DNA from: Macrostomum lignano
Lineage: Eukaryota
Assembly: GCA_002269645.1 (NCBI GenBank)
Contig: NIVC01000954.1
Span: 115,884-179,883 of the forward strand
Direction: 5' to 3'
DNA length: 64,000 nucleotides
In this document: positions 1-10,900 of the stretch, one piece after another
How the letters are laid out: every line of letters starts with the position of its first letter
How positions within the stretch are numbered: the first letter of the stretch is position 1
The notes under the pieces: generated by a model
Databases searched by the model: none
Seen by the model: only the letters and a program-made list of their open reading frames with translations
Told to the model about the DNA's origin: nothing
Program-made: the position numbers and the translations under genes

Positions 1-40
1 TCCTGCCAATAGGGAGGCTGGAAACAGAGCCATAGCTCAA

Positions 41-175
41 GCTTGCTCTACCAAAACCTGCTTAGGAGTGTGCTTCTGCTTTAAGCGCTGCAATGTTCTA
101 CCAAGACCTGCTCAGCAGCTTGCGTCTGCTTCTAGCGATTCTTTGCTCTACCAAGACCTACTCATGAGCTTTGCT
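41..175. repeat. Diverged 50-bp tandem repeat (about 3 units)
   Basis: TGYTCTACCAARACCTRCT recurs at 44, 94 and 144 (exact 50-bp period); the intervening segments also resemble each other (tctgctt). Confidence 0.6.
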
Positions 176-1519
176 TCGCTGTCAACCGTCTAACCCAACG
201 GTCAAAACGGTTCTGAGGAGAAATTGAGTCAGATCGGCCTGCATCCATTGATAAATAACGCGGAGGATGGAGCGTTTGGGTATTTCGTGGGCTAACCAGG
301 GAACGTCAGCCCGAAAAGTGCGGATAATGATGCACAAAAATTCTTGATTAAATATCGCAGGGGGGTTGGCTTTGTACGAAGCGCCGACAGTCGCCTCAGG
401 CTACTAGAGAAAATGGCATGCCGAATTTCGGCTTGTGCGCGGAACGCCGCACAAGGGGAGGGTTCAGCCCAGGACACATGGTCCGAGAGACCCTTAGTCT
501 AAAAATAGAATGACGCATAAGGAGAGGCTCGGACAGCGGAAGAACGAGAGAGCAAAAGGGGGGAGGGTCCAGCAAGCGCACAAAGGGGATGTGCAGCTAA
601 CTAGACTAACGTACACTGAGCAAATGTACGCGGCAGGCGAAGCAACAGCAGTACAGGCAAGCGCCAAATATGGCGGCTTCCACTAACCCTAAACTAGAAC
701 CCCCCCCCCCCACAATTTCCTATGATAATGAGCCTCATTATTACGACTCAATTGCGCCATCTTGTGCAACCTTTAAGCGCCAATGACGGCTGCTTAGAGC
801 GCAAAGAGGCTGCAGAACAGTTCCTATTCCAGATGCTAGCAGCGGACAGAAGTGCCTAAGATGTGACTGCGGTTCTATGCTTGCAGCAGAAGGCTGCGGT
901 CACATCACTCTTCTCCAGCTAAAAGATGAGCCGGAAGAAACTGACGGAAGAAACTGAATATTAAACCAGCTTTATTCATAAAAATGGAAAAACCTTTTTT
1001 GTAGGCAAAGTAAAAGAACATGAATTAATTTGGCTTACTAAATTCCGTCCACATGAGCGTTGAACTGAGACTGAGACAGAATGAATTTCTTATACCATGC
1101 CTAAATAACTCTTGCTATCCCTTTGATATCTCTAGCTGTCTCTTGAAATCCCCTGCTATCCATTGACATCTCTAGCCATCCTATCGATATCTCTAGCTAT
1201 CTCTTGCAATTTTCCATTGATATCACCTGCTCTCCCCACGAAATTTCATGCTATTCTCTCGAAATCAGGCTACCCCTTGAAAAATTACATCACATGCAAT
1301 CTGCCGGAACTCTCACGATGTACCAGGAAATCTTAAACTATCCCCTGGAAACGCTTTATCCGAAACTTTTTGTCTAGAAATCACCTCGAAATTTCATGCT
1401 TTACCTATAAATCTAGAACACATCACGTTGTTCCATCAATATGTCATGCTACTCTCTTTTAAATCGTTCTACCTGCTAGATAATTTTTGTTATCCCCTCG
1501 ATAAACCATGTCGTCCCCG

Positions 1520-1990
1520 TCTTAGAAGTTCCCCAAGACTTGACATCTCAGCAATTCCCTCAATCCTCGACATTTCTGCCATTTCACCAAGCCTATAAAT
1601 CTCAGCAATCCCTCAAGACTTGACATCTCAGTAATTCCCCCAAGCCTAGACATCTCAGAAATACCCCCAGACCTACACATCTCAGCAATCCCCCAAGACT
1701 TGACATCTCAGCATTCTTAAACCTTGAAATCTCAGCAATTCCTCCCAAAGACTTTACATCTCAGCAGTCCCCCAAGACTTGACATCTCAGTAATTCTTCC
1801 AAGCCTACACATCTCAGAAATACGTCTAAGACTTGACATATCAGTAATTCCCACAAGCCAACACATCTCAGAAATACCCCAAGACTTGACATCTCAGCAT
1901 TCTTAAGCCTTGAAATCTCAGAAAATCTTCCCCAAGACTTTACATCTCAGCAATATCCCCCATACTCTACATCTCACCCATAACCCCCTA
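1520..1990 (-). repeat. Minisatellite, ~22-27 bp unit CCCAAGACTTGACATCTCAGCAATT
   Basis: Tandem units visible directly; the same family occurs on + at 18910, 20330, 23580, 37860 and 45240. Confidence 0.9.
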
Positions 1991-2439
1991 GTATTTCCCC
2001 GAAGCCCGAAGTTTGATTTGAATCCAGTCGAATGTGAGCTGACCACTGCGGTGAAAACTGGGACGAGGACAGAAAGCACATCAAATAAAAACTTGAACGC
2101 GAAAAAATTGAACCATCTTTGTTACTTTTCAAAACAAGCAAAAGAGAATTACTAAAATTATAACTACATGAGCAAATAGATTAAAGCGTACAGTAGTTAT
2201 ACGTAGGGAAATTTTTTGGTGGGGTACAATTCTAACAAGCATATATGCTTCATAGCAATAATTAAATTGCAAAGCGATCCAACTAAAGTCCGAAGATAGC
2301 CTATTAATTGAGCTAATTATGAAAGTTAAACCAAATAAAAATACAATCTTCGTTTTATTAATGCACTCCTACAGTACTAAAATAGTTATAAATTTTATTC
2401 ATTATAACAATTCATATAATAGTAGCCTTGTATTATATA

Positions 2440-2535
2440 TTGACCTAACCGGTGAATTCCAGGTACATCATAGATTAACCTAACCGGTGAATCCCAGGTA
2501 CATAGATTAACCTAACCAGGGAACCACAGGTATCA
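2440..2535. repeat. ~33-35 bp repeat x3 (TTAACCTAACCGGTGAATCCCAGGTAC)
   Basis: Three imperfect tandem units. Confidence 0.7.
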
Positions 2536-2544
2536 CAGACTATC

Positions 2545-2800
2545 GCTATGAGATTATTGCAAAGCTGCTATAAGATTATTGCAAAGCTGCTATGAGATTA
2601 TTGAAGAGCTACTATGAGATTATTTAAGAGCTACTATGAGAGTATTGAAGAGCTACAATGGGGGTATTGCAAAGCTGCTATGAGACTATTGCAAAGCTGC
2701 TATGAGATTATTGAAGAGCTACTATCAGATTACTGAGGAGCTACTATGAGATTATTAAAAAGCTACTATGATATTATTAAAGAGCTGCTATGAGATTATT
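2545..2800 (-). repeat. Minisatellite GCTATGAGATTATTGCAAA / ATAATCTCATAGCAGC
   Basis: Tandem ~21-22 bp units; reverse complement of the array at 22290-23575. Confidence 0.9.
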
Positions 2801-2823
2801 GTAAAGAATTATTATTATTAATA

Positions 2824-3509
2824 TTAAAAGTGACCGCAGTGCCTACACATGGCTCCCCAGAATAAACCAGACAGTTCGCAGTTTGGGTAGCGCGACCGAT
2901 TGCTGCCACCAGAGCCTTAAGTGTAGCTGCCAGAGCCTTGGGTGTAGCCGCAAGAGCCTTGGGTGTAGCCGCCAGAGTCTTGGGTATAGCCGCCAAAGCC
3001 TTGGGTGTAGCCGCCAGAGCCTTAGGTGTAGCCGCCAGAGCCTTGGGTGTAGCCGCCAAAGCCTTGGGTGTAGCCGCCAGAGCCTTGGATGTAGCCGCCA
3101 GAGCCTAGGGTGTAGCCGCCAGAGCCTTGGGTGTAGCCGCCAAAGCCTTGGGTGTAGCCGCCAGAGCCTTGGGTGTAGCCGCTTGTCAATTCAACGTTGA
3201 AATCGATGCCGGCAGCGCTACGCAACTGAGAGCGTCGTTTTCGGCACCCCTTGTACGCATGGCTCTTGGAACCGCAGAAGTAACATTCTGTGAATGATTT
3301 TGTAAATAAATAAACAAATTATTATTTCAATCAAGGAGCTAACAACGAATATGTAAAATCGAATAACTAACAAGAAAAGTCGCTTTATGAGCTTTGTAAA
3401 TATAACTGTAGTCATTAAACTCACTTTTCTGCACGCCACCGTCCTCTCCACGGCCACGGCCACGACCTCTGTCACTACCGCCGCCGCGGCCACCTCCACG
3501 GCCGGGACC
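2824..3509 (-). pseudogene. Spliced gene fragment: RGG/RG box + CCHC zinc knuckle + (GYTQGSG)n low-complexity tail
   Basis: Exon 3509-3425 encodes GPGRGGGRGGGSDRGRGRGRGEDGGVQK, then GTGAGT donor, 137-nt intron ending cattcacag, and exon from 3287 in matching phase: KCYFCGSKSHAYKGC (C-x2-C-x4-H-x4-C) running in frame into the 21-bp repeat; two CAA>TAA-type stops in the repeat (first at 3024-3022); upstream acceptor not found. Confidence 0.7.
2898..3182 (-). repeat. 21-bp tandem repeat AGAGCCTTGGGTGTAGCCGCC (~13-14 units), encodes GYTQGSG on minus
   Basis: Highly regular tandem array, in frame with the zinc-knuckle exon. Confidence 0.95.
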
Positions 3510-3944
3510 GAAAAATTGTTAATAATCATCTTTAAGATAAAAAAATGCGACGCAAAGGTCTGAAACAAAAATGGGAGCGTTCCGCCAGTTAAGAAATCTG
3601 TAAACTCAAATATGAAGTTGTTTGTGTAAAGTTTTCGAACAATTGCATTTATTAATCAAAAGTACCAGAATTTATGCTACCCAGGGAGTCACCCCTAAGC
3701 GTAAATGAATTGCAAATTATTAGTAATTCATGTATACATAAATTATATACTACAATATTCCTAACAAGGACTTACTGTACCCTCTCTTAAACAAGAAGGG
3801 GATAATAATTAATACAACTAACAAAACGGAGAATTAAAGAATAGACAGAAATCCAACAAATGACAGGACTTTGTGAAAGGTCTTTTAACATTTTTTCTAT
3901 CCTCTTTTAGATGACTGGACATTATTCAAAGAAAATAGGTAGCG

Positions 3945-4085
3945 CATAATTAAGTGAATGGACATTATTTAAGGTAGCGTATAAATATGTGTTTGAACAT
4001 TATTCAAGGTAGCGCATAATTATGTGAATGAACATTATTCAAGGTAGCGCATAATTATGTGAATGAACATTATTCAAGGTATTCA
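3945..4085. repeat. ~35-bp repeat x4 (ATTATGTGAATGAACATTATTCAAGGTAGCGCATA)
   Basis: Direct inspection. Confidence 0.8.
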
Positions 4086-4645
4086 AGCCAATAACGTCAA
4101 CGTATCTGTGAAACACGAATGGGATTTGGAATTTCTAAGTTTCTTAGACCCTTAGCACATTCTTCTCTCTTCCATCCTTCCAATTGTTTGTTTGTTTGTG
4201 TGTACGCAATCGATTAGAGAAAAAATGGCTGGACCGATTTCGTTCGAACTTGCACTGTTCAATCAGAAATTTTCCCGTGACGGTACATGTGTCTTGGCTA
4301 AGAAATTGCTCGATGCTGAAGGCATTAAATATTCGAAAAACATGATTTTTTGCAAAGGTCAAGCAAACTTTTCGACTTGAAATGTATTGTAAGAATGCAA
4401 AGAGAAAAAAATTGACTGGTTGAATTCTGATTCTGAAATAGATTGCATCATAACTGAATTGCGTTACAGTATTGAAAATGCAGTGTGGAAGCGTAGCACC
4501 AGACTTGATTTAGATTGCGTAACCATATTGTCAACTTTAATTGAGACTGATACTGACTTGCCTAGGAAATTGATTATGTCATAACTGCTTCGTGAGTGAG
4601 TGTTGAATTATAAAATTGCTACAATTTCATTTATAAATTCGATAA

Positions 4646-4711
4646 GAGCTAGCCTAGATGTGAACAGACTGGACTGCTAATGCAGCGACCTGGGTTCGAA
4701 TCTTAGTAGAG
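4646..4711 (+). ncRNA. tRNA-derived Pol III cassette type I (A-box/B-box)
   Basis: TAGCCTAGATG A-box-like, CTGGA-CTGCTAA-TGCAG anticodon-like arm, CTGGG-TTCGAAT-CTTAG T-arm with GGTTCGAATC B-box; acceptor stem degenerate, so not a canonical tRNA. Confidence 0.65.
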
Positions 4712-4764
4712 AAATGTTTCTTTATTGAAAGCTTTTATTAAAGGACTAATAAAGGACTAAAGGC

Positions 4765-5119
4765 GTCATTTAAAAAATCATAGAAGCGTCATGAAAAATC
4801 ATAGAAGCGTCATGTAAACAATCATAGAAGCGTCATGAAAAATCACAGAAGCGTCATGTAAACAATCATAGAAGCGTCATGTAAACAATATTAGAAGCGT
4901 CAGGTAAAAATCATAGAAGCGTCATGAAAAATCATAGAAGCGTCATGTAAACAATCATAGAAGCGTCATGTAAACAATCATAGAAGCGTCATGTAAACAA
5001 TCATAGAAGCGTCATGTAAATGTAAACAATCATAGAAGCGTCATGTAAACAATCATAGAAGCGTCATGTAAACAATCATAGAAGCGTCAGGTAAAAATCA
5101 TAGAAGCGTCATGTAAAAA
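4765..5119 (+). repeat. Satellite TCATAGAAGCGTCATGTAAACAA (~21-23 bp)
   Basis: Tandem array; same unit at 6576-7373 and 42705-44880. Confidence 0.95.
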
Positions 5120-6575
5120 TCAATTTTCAATCAATAATTTTTGTCATTGTGATTTTTTTGTGTTTGTGATTTCAAAGCTCTGTGCACCCCATTGGCAGCT
5201 AGATACAGCCTCTAAACAGACCATAAAATACAGTCAGTAAACAGACAATACAGCCTCTTAACAGACCATAAAATACAGTCAGTAAACAGACAATACAGCC
5301 TCTTAACAGACCATAAAATACAGTCAGTAAACAGACAATACAGCCTCTTAACAGACCATAAAATACAGTCAGTAAACAGACAATACAGTCTCTAAACAGA
5401 CCATAAAATACAGTCAGTAAACAGACAATACAGCCTCTAAACAGACCATAAAATACAGTCAGTAAACAGACAATACAGTCTCTAAACAGACCATAAAATA
5501 CAGCCTCTAAACAGACAATACAGCCTCTAAACAGACCATAAAATACAGTCAGTAAACAGATATAGTACAGGTATAAGCAGGTCAAACCTGTATGTATAAT
5601 TGGAATTTATGAAGCAGCCCTCATTGAGAGTAGGTTGACTGCATCTTAACTGGGCTAAAAGAGTTTGTGAATGGTGTATAGGAGCTGCTCTATATACCCT
5701 GTGGTTCCAGACTCTAAAAGGAGCATTTGCAGTCAAGCTCTGTAGCAGCCTTAAGCAGAGCGGAGCGACTTAATGTTTGGTTTGAGAATGAATGTCTCTA
5801 CATTTGCTTACACCGAATGCATGCAATTGAGCAGTGACGCGAGTCGGCAGGTAGTCAGGATGGCATATACATGTACATTTTTGTACCGCTAAAGCTATAC
5901 TGGCTGCTTGTCGATGGCACCATCTGCTGAAGCGACAGTCGATCCTTTTGTAATAAATTATTACATTTTTCAATATCTGTACCAAATATTAAACTTGCTC
6001 AGCGTTAGTAGTCAGAAGCAGATCATATATCGTTTGAATAAATACAAGTGTTTGTTTAACTTTTGTTTCAATTTTTAAACTTCAATTTGTGGTTGTTAAT
6101 AGTTTAAAATTTAATTTGCCGTTCGCTTCTTTGTTAGTTATAGCAGTTAAAAAAGGATAAAACAGTTTTTTGTACTGTGTGTAATAATCCTAAAACTTTG
6201 AAATTATTACATTATTGCAAATTTTCACTTGCTACGCTCGTATTAGCAGCAGAAGATCATATCATATCATTTGAATAAATACGTGTGTTTGTTAAGGTAT
6301 TGTTTTTTTAACTTCTGAACGTCAATTTTCGGTTGTTTGAAATTTAATTAAAAGGACGTACTGGTTTGTTGTTCCTTTGTTTGTTGTAGCTCGTAACAGT
6401 ACAGTTGAACAGTATTGGTATTTTGTACATGTACTGTGTATATGTTTAATACGAACAGAAATGTATAATACTTCGGCGAATTTATGCACGCAGTTTCGTA
6501 TCATCCTACACTCAAAGTATGCAAGTAGTAAATGATACGCGTATATGCACGTTCTTCGTAGTGATGTGCTATGGT
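5120..6575 (+). mobile_element. Internally deleted derivative of Helitron A
   Basis: 5120-5205 matches 7374-7459; 5203-6510 matches ~14830-15805 (AAACAGACAATACAGCCTCT satellite plus unique sequence); RepHel gene absent; starts at A|TC within the satellite. Confidence 0.7.
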
Positions 6576-7373
6576 CATGTAAACAATTATAGAAGCGTCA
6601 TGTAAACAATCATAGAAGCGTCATGTAAAAAATCATAGAAGCGTCATGTAAACAATCATAGAAGCGTAATGTAAACAATCATAGAAGCGTCGTGTAAATG
6701 TAAACAATCATAGAAGCGTCATGTAAACTATCATAGAAGCGTCAGGTAAAAATCATAGAAGCGTCAAAAAAATCATAGAAGCGTCATGTAAACAATCATA
6801 GAAGCGTCATGAAAAATCATAGAAGCGTCATGTAAAAAAATCATAGAAGCGTCATGTAAAAAAAGCATAGAAGCGTCATGTAAAAAATCATAGAAGCGTC
6901 ATACAAAAAAGTCATAGAAGCGTCATGTAAACAATCATAGAAGCGTCATACAAAAAATTATAGAAGCGTCATGTAAAAATCGTAGAAGCGTCATGTAAAA
7001 AATCATAGAAGCGTCATGTAAACAACCATAAAAGCGTCATAGAAAAAATCATAGAAGCGTCATGTAAATGTAAACAATCATAGAAGCGTCATGTAAAAAT
7101 CATAGAAGCGTCATGTAAACAATCATAGAAGCGTCATACAAAAAATCATAGAAGCGTCATGTGAACAATCATAGAAGCGTCATGTAAAAAATCATAGAAG
7201 CGTCATGTAAAAAATCATAGGAGTGTCATGTAAACAATTATAGAAGCGTCATGTAAACAATCATAGAAGCGTAATGTAAGCAATCATAGAAGCGTCATGT
7301 AAACAATCATAGAAGCGTCATGTAAACAATCATAGAAGCGTCATGTAAAAATCATAGAAGCGTCATGTAGAAA
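6576..7373 (+). repeat. Satellite TCATAGAAGCGTCATGTAAACAA
   Basis: Tandem array. Confidence 0.95.
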
Positions 7374-7927
7374 TCAGTTTTCAATCAATAATTTTTGTCA
7401 TTGTGATTTTTTTGTGATTGTGATTTCAGAGCTCTGTGCACCCCATTGGCAGCTAGATAATTGCTCGTACTGCCAATATTATTGCACAGACCTGAGACTG
7501 ATTAAAAGTTGAAATTCAGGCTTGACTGTGCCGACCTTGCTTCCTACTCCAAACCCTTACCCCCTCAATCTTGAGGCAGGCAGTGTACATTTCTAGCCCT
7601 CCGCTTCCGAATGTACACACATGGACTGGAGAGCCCACACCGACTCTGTTTTATCTGTCTTATCGAGTTTTTATTTTTTTTTTACAACAATAGCCTAGCC
7701 CTAGGACCTGATAAATAACTTGCTATTAAGTTTGGTTATATCTGATTCTTCAGACATTCAACTCAATCTGCTAAAAACTCTCCTATCATTTCAAGCATTC
7801 CATTCTATATTCTATTATTCAATTATTCTATTACTATTTACTACTCTATTATTCTATTACTATTCTATTACTATTCTATTACTATTACTTTTTTAGTATT
7901 CTATACTATACTATAAATACTATAAAT

Positions 7928-10900
7928 ATGGTTCGACGCGGTGCCAGCAGTTTAAAGAAGAGTCGCGATGCCAAGCGACGGCGACAGGCTGAATCGGAGG
8001 CTGATCGCGAGGCCCGACTGGAGGAAGAACGGCAGCGGGTTGCTCAGCGCAGAGACGCAGAGACTGAGGCTGAACGAGCTGCCCGACTGGAGGAAAAACG
8101 GCAGCGGGTTGCTCAGCGCAGAGACGCAGAGACTGAGGCTGAACGAGCTTCCCGACTGGAGGAAAAACGGCAGCGGGTTGCTCAGCGCAGAGACGCAGAG
8201 ACTGAGGCTGAACGAGCTGCCCGACTGGAGGAAGAACGGCAGCGGGTTGCTCAGCGCAGAGACGCAGAGACTGAGGCTGAACGAGCTGCCCGACTAGAAG
8301 CCGAACAGATTCGTCGCCGTGGAGCTTCGGTTTCCAGGTGAGTTTTATGATGCTTTTACTCATGACACTATACTCATGAAACATTAATGAAATATTATGA
8401 AATATTATGAAATAAAATATTAGAGATTTAGTATTTTTGGATTGGATATTGCATAGGAATGTGTTTCTAAGAATCTGCCTTTCTAAGAAACGTTTCTAAG
8501 AATTTGTAATTGTAAGAAAGGTTTTCTAAGAATCCGTATTTGCAATAATGTATTTCTAAGTATCTGCATTTCTAAGAACCGTTTCTAAGAATTTGTAATT
8601 GTAGGATTGTAGGAAAGGTTTTCCAATCTAATGATCTGTTTTTGTAAGAAAGCATTTCTAGGAATCTGTATATTACATAGGAATGTGTTTCTAAGAATCT
8701 GTATTTCTATGAATCTGAATTGCAAGAAACGTTTCTAAAAATCTGTATTTGTAGGAATGTGTTTCTGGTTTCTCAGAGTTTTTATATGTGACAATAAGCT
8801 TTTCAGAGTCTTCTAAATATAATTCAATCTTTCAGGTTTGGTAGTGGTGAGTTGGATACACGAGCTGTGGTACCATTCGATACGCTAAGTGTTGTTTGGA
8901 TCCCTGGTGATGGGAATTGCTTTTTTCATGCAGTCTGTGACCAGTTGCAGGGCACTCCGCTTGAGACTAATGCGGCATCTTTAAGGCAGGAGCTAACGTG
9001 TCGTGCAGTGCAGGTAATGCCAGAATTGATTGAAGAAGGCTTTGTTTTACCGGAGAATGCAGATTCTATAATTAATGAGTCTTTTTCTGAGGGCACCTAT
9101 GTTCCAGATGACGTTGTGCCACTTTTAAGCCGCTTTTTCAATGTTGACCTGGTTATTTATCAGGCAAATGGCAGTGTATTGCAGCACTGCATGTCCACTG
9201 TGCAGCCACCCACTGCAATTGTGCGTATCCTTTTACGTCATGAGCACTATGAGTCGTTGCGCGTGACTGATCCACTGCCAGTTTCTGAGCCCGTTGCAGA
9301 TGCAGAGGCGCCGAGTTTAACGGAGCAGAGGGCAGATCTGTCCGATTCAGGCCATTTTGGTGCGGGTCGTTCTGATGCAGGATCTGCTCAAATTAGGTAG
9401 GCTTATTTGTGCTGCTGGTACGTGTAATTTTTTATATTGTAGTTTTTATATTTACATTTTACATTTTATAAACTTTGGGTGTCTATATTGTTACAATAGT
9501 AACCATTTTGTGCATGCATATAACTCGATCGCAGGCCTGACAGAATACCGAGGCCAGAGGCCCCGGCCCATGATTGCGGCCCAATGAATAGGGCATGCAA
9601 TGAATGCGGTGCTCTACTCTGGCGGGCAGAAACCAGGAATTTCTGCTGCGCCAAAGGTAAGGTGAAGTAGCCCAGCCGCACCGTGCCTCAAGTGCTGGCG
9701 GATCTGTACATGGGGCGGCACAGATTCAGTGCCGCGTTCCTGGCCAACATCAGGAGCTACAACTCGGCGCTGCACCTGACCTCGCTGGGTGCCAAACTGC
9801 GGTTGGTGCCAGGCTGGTGTCCCAGCTTCATCATCAGCGGCCAGATGCATCACCGCACGGCGCCGCTGTTTGCAGAGGCTTCAGCTGAAGCTCAGGGATG
9901 GCAGGTGTATTTCAACGATCGCGAACTCGAAAGCCGCCAGAGTCTCAGCCAGAAGGTAAAGCCGGAGCTACTGGAGCTGCTGCAGACGCTGCTTCACGAG
10001 TGCAACGGCTATGTCCGCAGCCTGAAGGCTGCTGCTGAGCGAATTAGCCAAGACCCGGAGCTGGGAGATGCGCGAATTGTGATTCACCCTGACCGTCGAC
10101 CATCTGGGGAACACATTCGGTAAGTTAGTGTTTGTTTTAACGAAGCTTCAAAATGTAAACGAAAGCGAAAGTAAAATGAAATTATGATTTTTATTGTAAC
10201 TCGCACTCGCAAACAAGGGTAATAAGTGATTCAGTTTGTACAGAATTTGTATCCCACAAACTCCGTTCGAAATCCGGCGCTACAACTTGCCTACGGCAAA
10301 TGAGGTCGGTATCCTGATCGTTGAGGACAATGAGGACGTACCGGCCAGTCGGGACGTCGTGATTCAACGGCGTGGTGGCGGTTCTCAGCGAATCAGTGAG
10401 ACGCACCGCTCATATGACCCGCTGGAGTATGTGCTGCTGTTCCCGAATGGCGAGGACGGCTGGCACCCAGAGTTGCGGATGAGTAATGGCAAGAAATTGA
10501 CGCCCATGAAGTACTATGGGAGCAAAATCATGGTGCGAGCGGGCCAGTTCAGTGTGCTGCACTATGGCCGAAGATTATTTCAGCAGTACCTGGTGGACAT
10601 GTGTGCCAAGATTGAGGCAGAGAGGCTGCTGTATTTGCGGACCCATCAGCAGGACCTGCGCAGCGAGACATACAGCGGTCTGCGGGACGCTTTGTTTGCA
10701 GCTGATGGCAGGTCTACTGACAGAGATCCGAGTGACATAGGCAAGCCCGCGCATGTGCTTCTGTCTTCGAGCTTCGTTGGCGGGCCAAGGTACCTGATGG
10801 AGAGGCTGCAGGACGCTATGACCTATGTTCACAAGTTTGGTAAGCCGGACCTGTTTGTCACGGCAACATGCAATCCGAAATGGCCGGAGATCAGCGCTCA

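Larger units (their letters stand above)
1087..2810 (-). mobile_element. Partial, inverted relative of the non-autonomous Helitron at 21602-25258
   Basis: 1087-1510 is the reverse complement of ~24660-25005; the arrays at 1520-1990 and 2545-2800 are reverse complements of arrays at 23580-24650 and 22290-23575, in the same order on the minus strand. Confidence 0.75.

Noticed and set aside
41-175. CRISPR-like repeat/spacer pattern with 50-bp period
   Set aside because: The spacers resemble each other, there are only three units, the context is eukaryotic and no cas genes are present; it is a diverged tandem repeat
665-764. YY1-like motifs (AAATATGGCGGC, GCGCCATCTTG) and CTAACCCTAA as a telomerase-RNA template
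   Set aside because: Short motifs expected by chance; no pseudoknot or other telomerase RNA features follow, and no linked gene is evident
4144-4380. Recurring ORFs such as FAKKHVFRIFNAFSIEQF (also 16161, 21611, 27730, 39846, 42120)
   Set aside because: Translations of the shared non-coding 5' module; frames and stops vary between copies
4646-4711. Functional tRNA-Ser(GCT), or tRNA-Tyr(GTA) at 22077
   Set aside because: Acceptor and D stems do not pair and the anticodon varies among copies; treated as tRNA-derived cassettes
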